A stretch of DNA of 27,629 nt from Desulfobacterales bacterium (GTDB taxonomy: Bacteria > Desulfobacterota > Desulfobacteria > Desulfobacterales > Desulfosalsimonadaceae): NCBI GenBank assembly GCA_007127175.1, contig SKZX01000203.1:1-27629 (forward strand). The letters are read 5' to 3'. Positions 1 through 7,539 of the stretch are shown here, one piece after another. The position numbers and the translations under genes were made by a program. Every line of letters starts with the position of its first letter. Positions within the stretch are counted from its first letter, which is position 1. The notes beneath the pieces are model-generated. The model was given only the letters and a program-made list of their open reading frames with translations, made no database searches and was not told the origin of the DNA.

Positions 1-72
1 AGGCTGACGGCCGTAAAAAAAACCAGGAAAAAAAGAAATATGCCTGTTATTTCCTTTCGCATGAAGCGGCTT

Positions 73-1722
73 TCAAACTTCAAGGATAAACGGCAGGATC
101 ACCGGCCGCCGTTTAATGGTGAAATTGAAATATTCACGCAGCGCTCCGGGCAGGCGCCTCCTGAGCAATTCCGCCTTGTGCGGCATATCGGATATATCTT
201 CAATGATTTCTAGTATAATACATTTTGAGTCTTCCAGGATATGCCCCTTTTCGACCTCAAATACAAACCCCTTTGAAACGATTTCCGGGCCGAAGATCAC
301 AAACCCGGTTTCCTCGTCAATAATCAGGTTGATAACGACCAACCCCTCTTCCGACAGAATGCGCCGTTCCTTGAGCACCGAGCGCCCCACGTCGCCGACG
401 CCCTTGCCGTCAACAAGCACGCGGCTGGTGGGCACCCTACCCCCAATGGCTGCTTTTCCTTTTGAAAACTCTATGATATCACCGTCTTCTGCCAGCAACA
501 CGTTCTCCCTGCCGATGCCCGCGGATTCGGCCAGACGTGCATGATGGACCAGGTGCCGATACTCGCCATGAATCGGTATAAAAAAGTCAGGCCGGGTCAT
601 TTCCATCATCATGACCAGCTCTTCCTTGAAGGCATGACCGGACACATGGATGTCTGAGATCTTTTCGTAGACGACATTGGCCCCTTTTCGGAACAGGTTG
701 TTGATAATTTTGGCAATGGCCTTTTCATTGCCGGGAATGAACTTGGACGACAGGATCACCGTGTCGTTCTGCCGGGCCCGGATCTGCTTGTGCATGCCCG
801 TGGACATCCGGGCAAGCGCCGACATGGGCTCTCCCTGGCTGCCGGTGGTCATGATCAGGATCTGATCGTCGGGGTAATCGTCTATTTCATCGATGGGGAT
901 TTCGATCTCAGGCGGGATTTTCAGCAGATTCAGGGATTTTGCGATGCGGACGCTCAACTCGATGCTCCGCCCGTTGAAAATAATCCTGCGATTCCCCAAT
1001 CCGATGATGTTGACGATCTGCTGAATCCGGGACACGTTGGACGCGAAAAGGGCGATAATGACGCGTCCCGGGCTGTCCCGGATAATCGTTTCCAGCGTTT
1101 TGCTCACCTGTTCATCCGACGGTGTGCGCCCTTCCTTTTCCACGTTCGTCGAATCCGACATGAGGGCAAGAACCCCCTGGTCCCCGCATCGGATAAACGC
1201 CTCGGTGTCCGTCTGCATCCCCTCGATGGTGGAATCGGATATCTTGAAATCCCCGGAGTGGACAATCAGCCCTTCAGGGGTATGAATGGCAATGCCGACA
1301 CCGTCGATCACGCTGTGGTTGACCCGTATAAACTCGAAAACAAAGGGGTCGATGGCCAGCCGGTCCCCCGGGTGAATCGTTTGCAGCAGGCCCGCGGATG
1401 CGGAAATGCCGTGCTCTTCAAATTTACTGCCCGCGATGCCAAGGGTGAAGGGTGTCCCGTATACCGGAACGCTGACTTCCTTGAGCAGATAAGGCAGGGC
1501 GCCTATATGGTCCTCGTGGGCATGGGTGAGGACAATCGCCTTGAGCCGGGACTTGTTCTGCACAATATACCCCATGTCCGGGATCACGCAGTCGACACCG
1601 AGCATGTAGTCTTCAGGAAACATCAGCCCCGCGTCGATGACGACCATCGTGCCCGCACAATCGAGCACCATCATGTTCAGGCCGATTTCGCCAAGCCCGC
1701 CCAGGGGTATGATTTTTAACAC
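73..1722 (-). CDS. rnj: Ribonuclease J (metallo-beta-lactamase/beta-CASP), 549 aa
   Basis: N-terminal IIPLGGLGEIGLNM, HAHEDH (HxHxDH), DFK, MSDSTN, GSQGEPMSAL and HVSGH motifs. GTG start with a GGAGG SD just upstream. Confidence 0.95.
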   Translation of the reverse strand: MLKIIPLGGLGEIGLNMMVLDCAGTMVVIDAGLMFPEDYMLGVDCVIPDMGYIVQNKSRLKAIVLTHAHEDHIGALPYLLKEVSVPVYGTPFTLGIAGSKFEEHGISASAGLLQTIHPGDRLAIDPFVFEFIRVNHSVIDGVGIAIHTPEGLIVHSGDFKISDSTIEGMQTDTEAFIRCGDQGVLALMSDSTNVEKEGRTPSDEQVSKTLETIIRDSPGRVIIALFASNVSRIQQIVNIIGLGNRRIIFNGRSIELSVRIAKSLNLLKIPPEIEIPIDEIDDYPDDQILIMTTGSQGEPMSALARMSTGMHKQIRARQNDTVILSSKFIPGNEKAIAKIINNLFRKGANVVYEKISDIHVSGHAFKEELVMMMEMTRPDFFIPIHGEYRHLVHHARLAESAGIGRENVLLAEDGDIIEFSKGKAAIGGRVPTSRVLVDGKGVGDVGRSVLKERRILSEEGLVVINLIIDEETGFVIFGPEIVSKGFVFEVEKGHILEDSKCIILEIIEDISDMPHKAELLRRRLPGALREYFNFTIKRRPVILPFILEV

Positions 1723-1829
1723 GGAAAACCTCCGATAGTTTCATCCTTCAGGCGGTTTGCGATCAAAACCGTGCAGATTTTTAAACACATGCCACTTTTC
1801 CCATTTTTAACCGGCATAAGGCCTTTGTT

Positions 1830-2162
1830 TCAAGAAATGATGGAAAGCCGCTCAAAAATGGCGTCCACCGAGTCGATCAACCAGTTTCTTTGCTCAATGC
1901 CGGCATTGGCGATGCATTCGCAGCGGATCCGGTTGTCGGTGCGTACCAGCAGTTCGCAGCAGAGTGCGTCCAGCTTCAATTCAAGGGCAAAATAAAAGGG
2001 ATGGCAGTCCGCATGGGATTTCTGGGCCTGTGAATAAAGCGCCGGTTCCAGCGGTATCCGGTAGACGCCGCCCAGCCTGGCCGGGCCGTAATGCGCATCC
2101 AGGTATTCTTTCAACACCTTGAAATCACCAGGTCTTATTTCATCGATCACGTATTGTTTCAT
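1830..2162 (-). CDS. Hypothetical protein, ~110 aa, with Cys/His clusters
   Basis: ORF fills the ogt-rnj gap co-directionally. Start is ATG 2162 (MKQYVIDEIRP) or 2180. Contains HADCHP, LCCELLVR and RCEC. No family recognised. Confidence 0.7.
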   Translation of the reverse strand: MKQYVIDEIRPGDFKVLKEYLDAHYGPARLGGVYRIPLEPALYSQAQKSHADCHPFYFALELKLDALCCELLVRTDNRIRCECIANAGIEQRNWLIDSVDAIFERLSIIS

Positions 2163-2206
2163 AATCTGATAAAATACCATAACGCGCGGGATTACGCAAG
2201 AAATGG

Positions 2207-2725
2207 TTATACTGCGCAGCCTTCAAATGCCAACAGCTTTTTCTTCATACCCAGACCGCTGCCGAACCCGCCGAGACCGCCGTCCTTGCGAATGACCCGG
2301 TGACAGGGAATAATGATGGGAAAGGGGTTCTTTGCGAGGGCGTTCCCGACGAAACGGGACGCCCCCGGTCGCCCTATGGCTTTGGCGACAGCGCTGTAGG
2401 CGGCGGTCTCGCCAAAAGCGATTGCTGCGGTTTTATCGTATACCAGGCGCTCAAGGGAAGAAAAACCGTCAATCTGCAACAGCGTCCACGGTGGATGGAC
2501 AGGACGACGGTCAAAATAAGCGCTGAAAAAGCGGTCAATGCGTTTAACCGCTTCTGTTTCAGGCGGGCGGGGAGCCACATCCGGGATTGGGACAATGTTT
2601 CCGCCGTCTTTCCCTGGAAGGATCACGCGGGTCAAAACGAACGGATCAGGCGCGTACGTCACGGAAATAACGCCGACAGGCGAATTGAACGAATAAACAA
2701 AGGCGTCAAAAATGGTGTTTTCCAT
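2207..2725 (-). CDS. ogt: Methylated-DNA--protein-cysteine methyltransferase
   Basis: IPCHRV active-site motif; AFGETAAYSAVAKAIGRPGASRFVGNALAKNP HTH region; GGLGGFGSGLGMKKKLLAFEG C-terminus. Confidence 0.93.
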   Translation of the reverse strand: MENTIFDAFVYSFNSPVGVISVTYAPDPFVLTRVILPGKDGGNIVPIPDVAPRPPETEAVKRIDRFFSAYFDRRPVHPPWTLLQIDGFSSLERLVYDKTAAIAFGETAAYSAVAKAIGRPGASRFVGNALAKNPFPIIIPCHRVIRKDGGLGGFGSGLGMKKKLLAFEGCAV

Positions 2726-2790
2726 AAGGCCATGCCGGCGGTGATAAGCGTTTCAGGCGGGAGAAGCGTACAGGCCGCACAATCGGGCCC

Positions 2791-2826
2791 AAAAAAAACA
2801 TCCCCGGCCCGATGACGGGCCGGGGA
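2791..2826 (-). terminator. Intrinsic terminator of the ferredoxin gene
   Basis: Perfect 10-bp stem TCCCCGGCCC (2801-2810) / GGGCCGGGGA (2817-2826) with a 6-nt loop. On the minus strand it is followed by TG and a T8 run, just after the ferredoxin stop. Confidence 0.85.
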
Positions 2827-2841
2827 AAAAACGGACTGAGT

Positions 2842-3030
2842 TTAGGTTTCCTCAACGGTTATCGCACCGGGCTCGCAAACCTCTATGCAGCTATCACATC
2901 CAAGGCATTCATCTGCATTGACCGGAACGGCTTTGCCGTCCTGAAGTTCAAAGACTTCTGTCGGGCACACATCCACACACTCTTCACAACCTTCACACTT
3001 TTCGGCATCTACCGTTGGAATAAAAGCCAT
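2842..3030 (-). CDS. 2[4Fe-4S] ferredoxin, 62 aa
   Basis: Two CxxCxxCxxxC motifs (CEGCEECVDVCP and CLGCDSCIEVCE); acidic; AAGGAG SD upstream. Confidence 0.95.
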   Translation of the reverse strand: MAFIPTVDAEKCEGCEECVDVCPTEVFELQDGKAVPVNADECLGCDSCIEVCEPGAITVEET

Positions 3031-3043
3031 CTTGCATCTCCTT

Positions 3044-3078
3044 TTAATTGATTTTTACAAATTAATTGATTTTTACAA
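3044..3078. repeat. Perfect 17-bp direct repeat (TTAATTGATTTTTACAA x2, 1-nt spacer)
   Basis: Copies at 3044-3060 and 3062-3078, directly upstream of the ferredoxin SD. Confidence 0.9.
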
Positions 3079-3122
3079 AGCAGGCCGTTGGTTAGTCTGT
3101 TCATGTTTACCAAGATTTCTGC

Positions 3123-3149
3123 CATATACCAAATAAACAGCTAAGTCAA
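3123..3149 (-). promoter_or_regulatory. Possible sigma70 promoter for the ferredoxin gene
   Basis: The minus strand reads TTGACT-N15-TATATG with a TGn extended -10. The spacer is short, so the call is tentative. Confidence 0.3.
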
Positions 3150-3232
3150 GGAAACATATACCACATTTGCTATTTTCCCTTCATGGCCGGAAAATCGAGT
3201 ATCAATTCCTTTGGCTGCCGGTTTTCTGCCGG

Positions 3233-3401
3233 CTAAGTGGTCGAGGGCATAAATACAGTGACGCACCGAGATGGTCGAGGCGCCCGTCCCGCAAGGCGCG
3301 AGAAGCGAGAATAACGGGCGTATTTGAGCGCCGAGCAGCGCCGCCGGGACGGGATGCATCGACCATCGAATGCCGCTGTATTTATGTCCTCGACCACTAA
3401 G
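3233..3401. mobile_element. MITE-like nested-palindrome element (159 bp) flanked by a CTAAG direct repeat
   Basis: 21-bp terminal inverted repeats (3238-3258 and 3376-3396, 20/21 match); inner inverted repeat (3270-3291 and 3345-3367); CTAAG at 3233-3237 and 3397-3401. Confidence 0.65.
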
Positions 3402-4374
3402 CACCGGCCCTGGCGATCAGGCAGAAAAAAGCATGCCTGGACCCGCCCTTTACGGCCTCTTCCCGAAAGGGTGCATCCGTCAATGATTCAATCACTTTGG
3501 CAGGAGAACAATCCGGAATGGCGAACACCTCGAGCATATAGCCGTCATCGGCCAAACGATCAAGATATGAAAACACCCGGGCGGCTTCACCGGTGCCCTG
3601 CCACGGACTGCCGGCAACCGGCGGCAGTCCGGTTGAAAGCGCATCGGCCGCCAAAACCGGTTCGCAGGTCTTGTCCGTCTGCAGCAGGCGGACAAGGGCC
3701 GGCAAGCGTTCGGTCAACGCATCCATGACAGCACGGCTGTCGGTAACAAACAAATCCGGCGGCGACGTATCGTTTCTGGCGAGCAGCGCCCAGGCGGCAA
3801 TGCGCGACTCCGTCATGACGGCGCATGGATCATCGGATGCGGCAGGGTCACCGGAACCAAAGCTTTCCTCAGTATTCAGCCCCTCCCCCCTGAGCTGTTC
3901 AAACAGCTCTTTTGATGCGCTTTCCGCATTTTCAAGGCTCAGCCGGATTTCCCATTCATTGAGGTCGAACTCCTGGGCCAGCTGCAGAAACATCCTTGCA
4001 TTGATCATGGGATCGGCCTTCAGGCCGGCTTCAGGCTCAACGCCGTTTTTCCGTTTCAACACCTCTGTTCTGATCTCAGCGGCGAAGTCCTGGTTGTAAA
4101 ACCCGGAGCCCGCCAACTGGCTGAGCCTGAGGGCGTCTTTCTGGTGAATACGCCCCCAGCGGTCATATGCCCGGCACAATTCCAGAAGATACGTCTCGTT
4201 GCCGATGACCGGGTGCCTGAGCTCAATCGCAGCGGTTTCACCGAGGTGGGCCAGCATGCGGGGTGCCTGATCCATTATCGGCTGATACAGGGCAAAGCGC
4301 CCAAGGCGGCGGTTGACAGCCAATACTGTCCGCTGCGTGACAAATGTGGCCGGGAAAAAAAATTTTTTAATCAT
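3397..4374 (-). CDS. Hypothetical protein, 325 aa
   Basis: Long ORF whose ATG overlaps the TGA of the upstream fusion gene (ATGA, 4371-4374). No recognisable domain. Confidence 0.8.
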   Translation of the reverse strand: MIKKFFFPATFVTQRTVLAVNRRLGRFALYQPIMDQAPRMLAHLGETAAIELRHPVIGNETYLLELCRAYDRWGRIHQKDALRLSQLAGSGFYNQDFAAEIRTEVLKRKNGVEPEAGLKADPMINARMFLQLAQEFDLNEWEIRLSLENAESASKELFEQLRGEGLNTEESFGSGDPAASDDPCAVMTESRIAAWALLARNDTSPPDLFVTDSRAVMDALTERLPALVRLLQTDKTCEPVLAADALSTGLPPVAGSPWQGTGEAARVFSYLDRLADDGYMLEVFAIPDCSPAKVIESLTDAPFREEAVKGGSRHAFFCLIARAGA

Positions 4375-6662
4375 TTGTGGTTACTTACCTTTTCAGTGTC
4401 TTGAACGTTGATACCCATCTTCAGCAGCTGTTCGCGGATGCTGTCCGCCCGCTGAAAATCACGCGCTTTTCTCGCGGCATCGCGTTCTTCAATGAGTTTT
4501 TTCGCTTCCAGGGAATAAGACGCCTGCTGAAAGTCGAATATCGCGAGGACCGAATCGATGCCCAGGATGGTTTTACTTATTTTTTCGGCATCCGCTTTGC
4601 CGATCCGGTTCTCGTCAATCAGGCGGTTGATGCGCTTGATCATATCGAAAAGGGCGGCAATGGCGCGCGGCATGTTCAGGTCGTCATCCATTGCCGACAC
4701 AAAGCCCTGCCTCAGGTCATAGAGCAACTGATCGATTTCCGGGTAGCCCTGGTCCCCCGCGACCTGACCGAGGCTCTTCACAAAAGCGTCAAGCCGTTTA
4801 AGGGTGCTTTTTGACTGCCGAAGCCGATCCACTGAAAAACTGACCGGTTTACGGTAATGGGCCACAACCAGCCAGTAACGGATTTCGCGGGGATCATATC
4901 CTTTTTCCATCAGGGTTTCAAGGGTCGGCAGCGCATTTGCCACCGTTTCTCCTTCTTCTTCCCCCAAAACACGCTCGCAATGAACCCAGCAGCGGGCAAG
5001 GGGCTTGCCGGTAACGGCACGGGCAATGGCGCGCTCGTTTTCATGGTGCGGAAAAACGAGTTCACGGCTGCTGGCATGGATATCAAACGTTTCCCCCAGG
5101 TATTTCATCGCCATTGCAGCACACTGGATATGCCAGGACGGCCGGACATTGCCCCATGGGGTCTTGACGTAAAAGCCCCGTTTCAGCTCGGCAAGGCGTG
5201 CACGCTTCAGCAGGGTAAAATCCCTTGGGTTGTTCTTTTCGTATTCATCCAGGTCCACCGTGGCACCGAGCCTGATTTTATCGAGATCGATGCCGGAGAG
5301 CTGACCGTAATCCTCAAAGGCGCTGATATTGAAATACAGGGATCGCAATTTTTCATAGGCATATCCCTTTTCATAGAGTTTCCGGGCGATGTCCACCATG
5401 TCGTCCACATGTTCGCCGGCACGCGGGTAATGGTCGGCCGGCCGGATATTCAATGCAGCCATATCGGATTTGAAAAAGTCGATGTATTGGTTTGTGAACG
5501 CCTCAAGGGATGTGCCGGCCGCCTCGGATGCCGCTATGGTCTTGTCGTCGATATCGGTGATGTTCATGGCATGGTTCACACGGATGCCCCGGTATTCGAG
5601 GTACCGGCACAGAAGGTCGGAAAAGACGAACCGCCTGCACTCCCCCAGGTTGATGCGCCTGTAGACAGTGGGCCCGCAGGTGTAGACCGTTGCGCTGCCG
5701 TCTCTCAACGGCTCAAAAGGGACCTTTGAGCGGCTCAAGGCGTTGTAAAGGTGTATGTCGGCCTTCTTCTTTTCAGCAAACAGCGTCGTGCTCAAGTATC
5801 TTTCGCCGCTGTCACAAAAGATCACCACGATGGTGCCTTTCTCCATCTTTTCGGCCTCCCTCGCGGCGATCAGCATGGCCGCCCCGCTGCTCATCCCCAC
5901 GAACAGCCCTTCTTCCCGGCTCAGGCGCCGGGTCATCTCAAACGCCTCTTCATCATCGACGTTTATCTTTTCATCCAGGAGGCTTTTGTCATAGAGCTCC
6001 GGCCGGTATGCCTCCTTCATGTTCTTGAGCCCCTGGAGCTTGTGCCCGAGATAGGGCTCCACACCGACGACACGGATTGCCCGGTCATATTCCCGGAACC
6101 GCCGGGAACATCCCATGAGCGTGCCGGTGGTTCCCATGGTGGCCACGAAGGTGTCGATATTGCCGCCAGTCTGCTCGATGATTTCCCTTGCGGTGGTGTT
6201 GTAATGGGCCATCCAGTTTGCGGGGTTGTTGTACTGGTCGGTCATGAAATAGCGGTCAGGAGACTCCCTTACAAGGTTGTAGACCTCCTCGATGGCCCCG
6301 TCGGTCCCCAGATGACCGGGCGTCAGCATGATCTCCGCGCCCCTGGCCGCGAGTATCTTGCGGCGCTCCATGGAAACCGCCTCGGACATGGCCAGAAGCA
6401 GGCGATAGCCCTTTATGCTGCATATCATTGCCAGCCCGATGCCTGTATTCCCGGATGTGGCCTCGATCACGGTTTTTCCCGGGGTCAGCTGCCCGGACTG
6501 CTCGCCGGCTTCGATCATGGCCAATGCCGGGCGGTCTTTTACGGACCCGCCGGGATTGAGATATTCAATCTTGGCGAATATTTTTACGTTCGGGTTCGGG
6601 TTCAGCCGCCTGATTTCCACAAGCGGCGTATTGCCGATGGCGTCCAGTATGGAATGGGTCAT
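4371..6662 (-). CDS. Cysteine synthase (PLP, CysM-like)::cysteinyl-tRNA-synthetase-like fusion, 763 aa
   Basis: N-half (~5775-6662): IGNTPLV, NPGGSVKDR (PLP Lys), EATSGNTGIG, GTTGT. C-half (~4374-5756): CGPTVY, NITDIDDK, WHIQC, FPHHENE, DALR-like helices and an RADSIREQL anticodon domain. The likely start is ATG 6662 (MTHSILDAIG); the ORF-track start at 6734 lies inside the repeat element. Confidence 0.93.
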   Translation of the reverse strand: MTHSILDAIGNTPLVEIRRLNPNPNVKIFAKIEYLNPGGSVKDRPALAMIEAGEQSGQLTPGKTVIEATSGNTGIGLAMICSIKGYRLLLAMSEAVSMERRKILAARGAEIMLTPGHLGTDGAIEEVYNLVRESPDRYFMTDQYNNPANWMAHYNTTAREIIEQTGGNIDTFVATMGTTGTLMGCSRRFREYDRAIRVVGVEPYLGHKLQGLKNMKEAYRPELYDKSLLDEKINVDDEEAFEMTRRLSREEGLFVGMSSGAAMLIAAREAEKMEKGTIVVIFCDSGERYLSTTLFAEKKKADIHLYNALSRSKVPFEPLRDGSATVYTCGPTVYRRINLGECRRFVFSDLLCRYLEYRGIRVNHAMNITDIDDKTIAASEAAGTSLEAFTNQYIDFFKSDMAALNIRPADHYPRAGEHVDDMVDIARKLYEKGYAYEKLRSLYFNISAFEDYGQLSGIDLDKIRLGATVDLDEYEKNNPRDFTLLKRARLAELKRGFYVKTPWGNVRPSWHIQCAAMAMKYLGETFDIHASSRELVFPHHENERAIARAVTGKPLARCWVHCERVLGEEEGETVANALPTLETLMEKGYDPREIRYWLVVAHYRKPVSFSVDRLRQSKSTLKRLDAFVKSLGQVAGDQGYPEIDQLLYDLRQGFVSAMDDDLNMPRAIAALFDMIKRINRLIDENRIGKADAEKISKTILGIDSVLAIFDFQQASYSLEAKKLIEERDAARKARDFQRADSIREQLLKMGINVQDTEKVSNHK

Positions 6663-6694
6663 TGTATGCCCCGCTTTTATGAACGGTAATAGTT

Positions 6695-6818
6695 GACGAC
6701 TTCGAGAAAATCTCAACATCTGCGTTATGCGCAATTCCTCAGAATTTTATGTACGCTAAGTACCCTGCATTCTTCGAAATTGCGCAAGCCTTGATCTTAG
6801 ACTGTTTATAAAGTCGTC
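6695..6818 (-). repeat. ~125-bp palindromic REP/MITE-like element, copy 1
   Basis: GACGACTT...AAGTCGTC termini and internal TGCGCAATT/AATTGCGCA arms. Its reverse complement shares a perfect 34-bp block (6765-6798) with 11042-11075. Confidence 0.85.
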
Positions 6819-6884
6819 TGATCGCGTTTTTTACGGATTCATCCATGGTTAATAAAAAAATATGCAAACCTGCCGGTTTACGCT

Positions 6885-7532
6885 TCAAGGCATACGTTTT
6901 TCGCCTGAAATCGCTTTCAACTGTTCCAGCAAGGCCGCCTTCACATCCCCAGGGGATGCAGAAGCGTCAATGATGCGTATCCGCTCCGGCTCCGCTTCAG
7001 CCAGCGCCAGGTAGCCCTGCCTGACCTTTTCATGAAACACGATCTTCTCCCGCTCGAACCGGCTCTGGGACGTATCCCGGGCGCCCGCATCGATGGCCCG
7101 CCAGGCACGGGACAAACCGATCTCAGATGGCAGATCGAGCAAAAACGTGATATCCGGCCATATGCCCTTCAGCACCAGCCGGTTGATTGACGTAACCGTA
7201 TCGGGGCCGATTCCCCTGGCCGCCCCCTGGTACGCGATGGTCGAATCCAGAAACCGGTCGCATATGACAATGTTCCCCTTGTCAAGCGCCGGCTTGATGA
7301 TTTCGCTGACGTGCTGTGCGCGGTCGGCGGTATACAAGAGCAGTTCAGCCATGGCGTCAAGCATGTCATGGTCACGGTCCAGAAGGATGCGTCGAATCTT
7401 TTCACCGATTTTCGTCCCCCCGGGCTCCCGGGTCACAACGCATTCATACCCTTTTTGATGAAAATAAGCTGCTATATGCGCAATCTGGGTGCTTTTGCCC
7501 GACCCTTCGATCCCCTCCATGGTTATCAGCAT
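6885..7532 (-). CDS. tmk: Thymidylate kinase, 215 aa
   Basis: MLITMEGIEGSGKSTQ P-loop, TREPGGT, ELLLYTADRAQH, CDRFLDST, PDITFLLD. Start moved to ATG 7532, 8 nt after the upstream stop. Confidence 0.95.
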   Translation of the reverse strand: MLITMEGIEGSGKSTQIAHIAAYFHQKGYECVVTREPGGTKIGEKIRRILLDRDHDMLDAMAELLLYTADRAQHVSEIIKPALDKGNIVICDRFLDSTIAYQGAARGIGPDTVTSINRLVLKGIWPDITFLLDLPSEIGLSRAWRAIDAGARDTSQSRFEREKIVFHEKVRQGYLALAEAEPERIRIIDASASPGDVKAALLEQLKAISGEKRMP

Positions 7533-7539
7533 ACGGTTT

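Noticed and set aside
790-1719. 309-aa plus-strand ORF, and other long antisense ORFs (4857-5729, 5751-6689, 14412-15026, 18965-19912, 22564-22965, 25569-26225)
   Set aside because: They lie wholly opposite well-supported genes and have no motifs. These are typical shadow ORFs of GC-rich codon usage.
3109-3124. Sigma54-like TGGCAGAAATCTTGG upstream of the ferredoxin gene (minus strand)
   Set aside because: The -12 element is TTGG, not the required TTGC.
3141-3728. Short ORFs across the palindromic element
   Set aside because: They are by-products of the repeat or antisense to the 325-aa gene, with no SD or motifs.
6663-6734. 24-aa N-terminal extension of the fusion protein
   Set aside because: It starts inside the repeat element. 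Cysteine synthase homology begins at MTHSILDAIGNTP.
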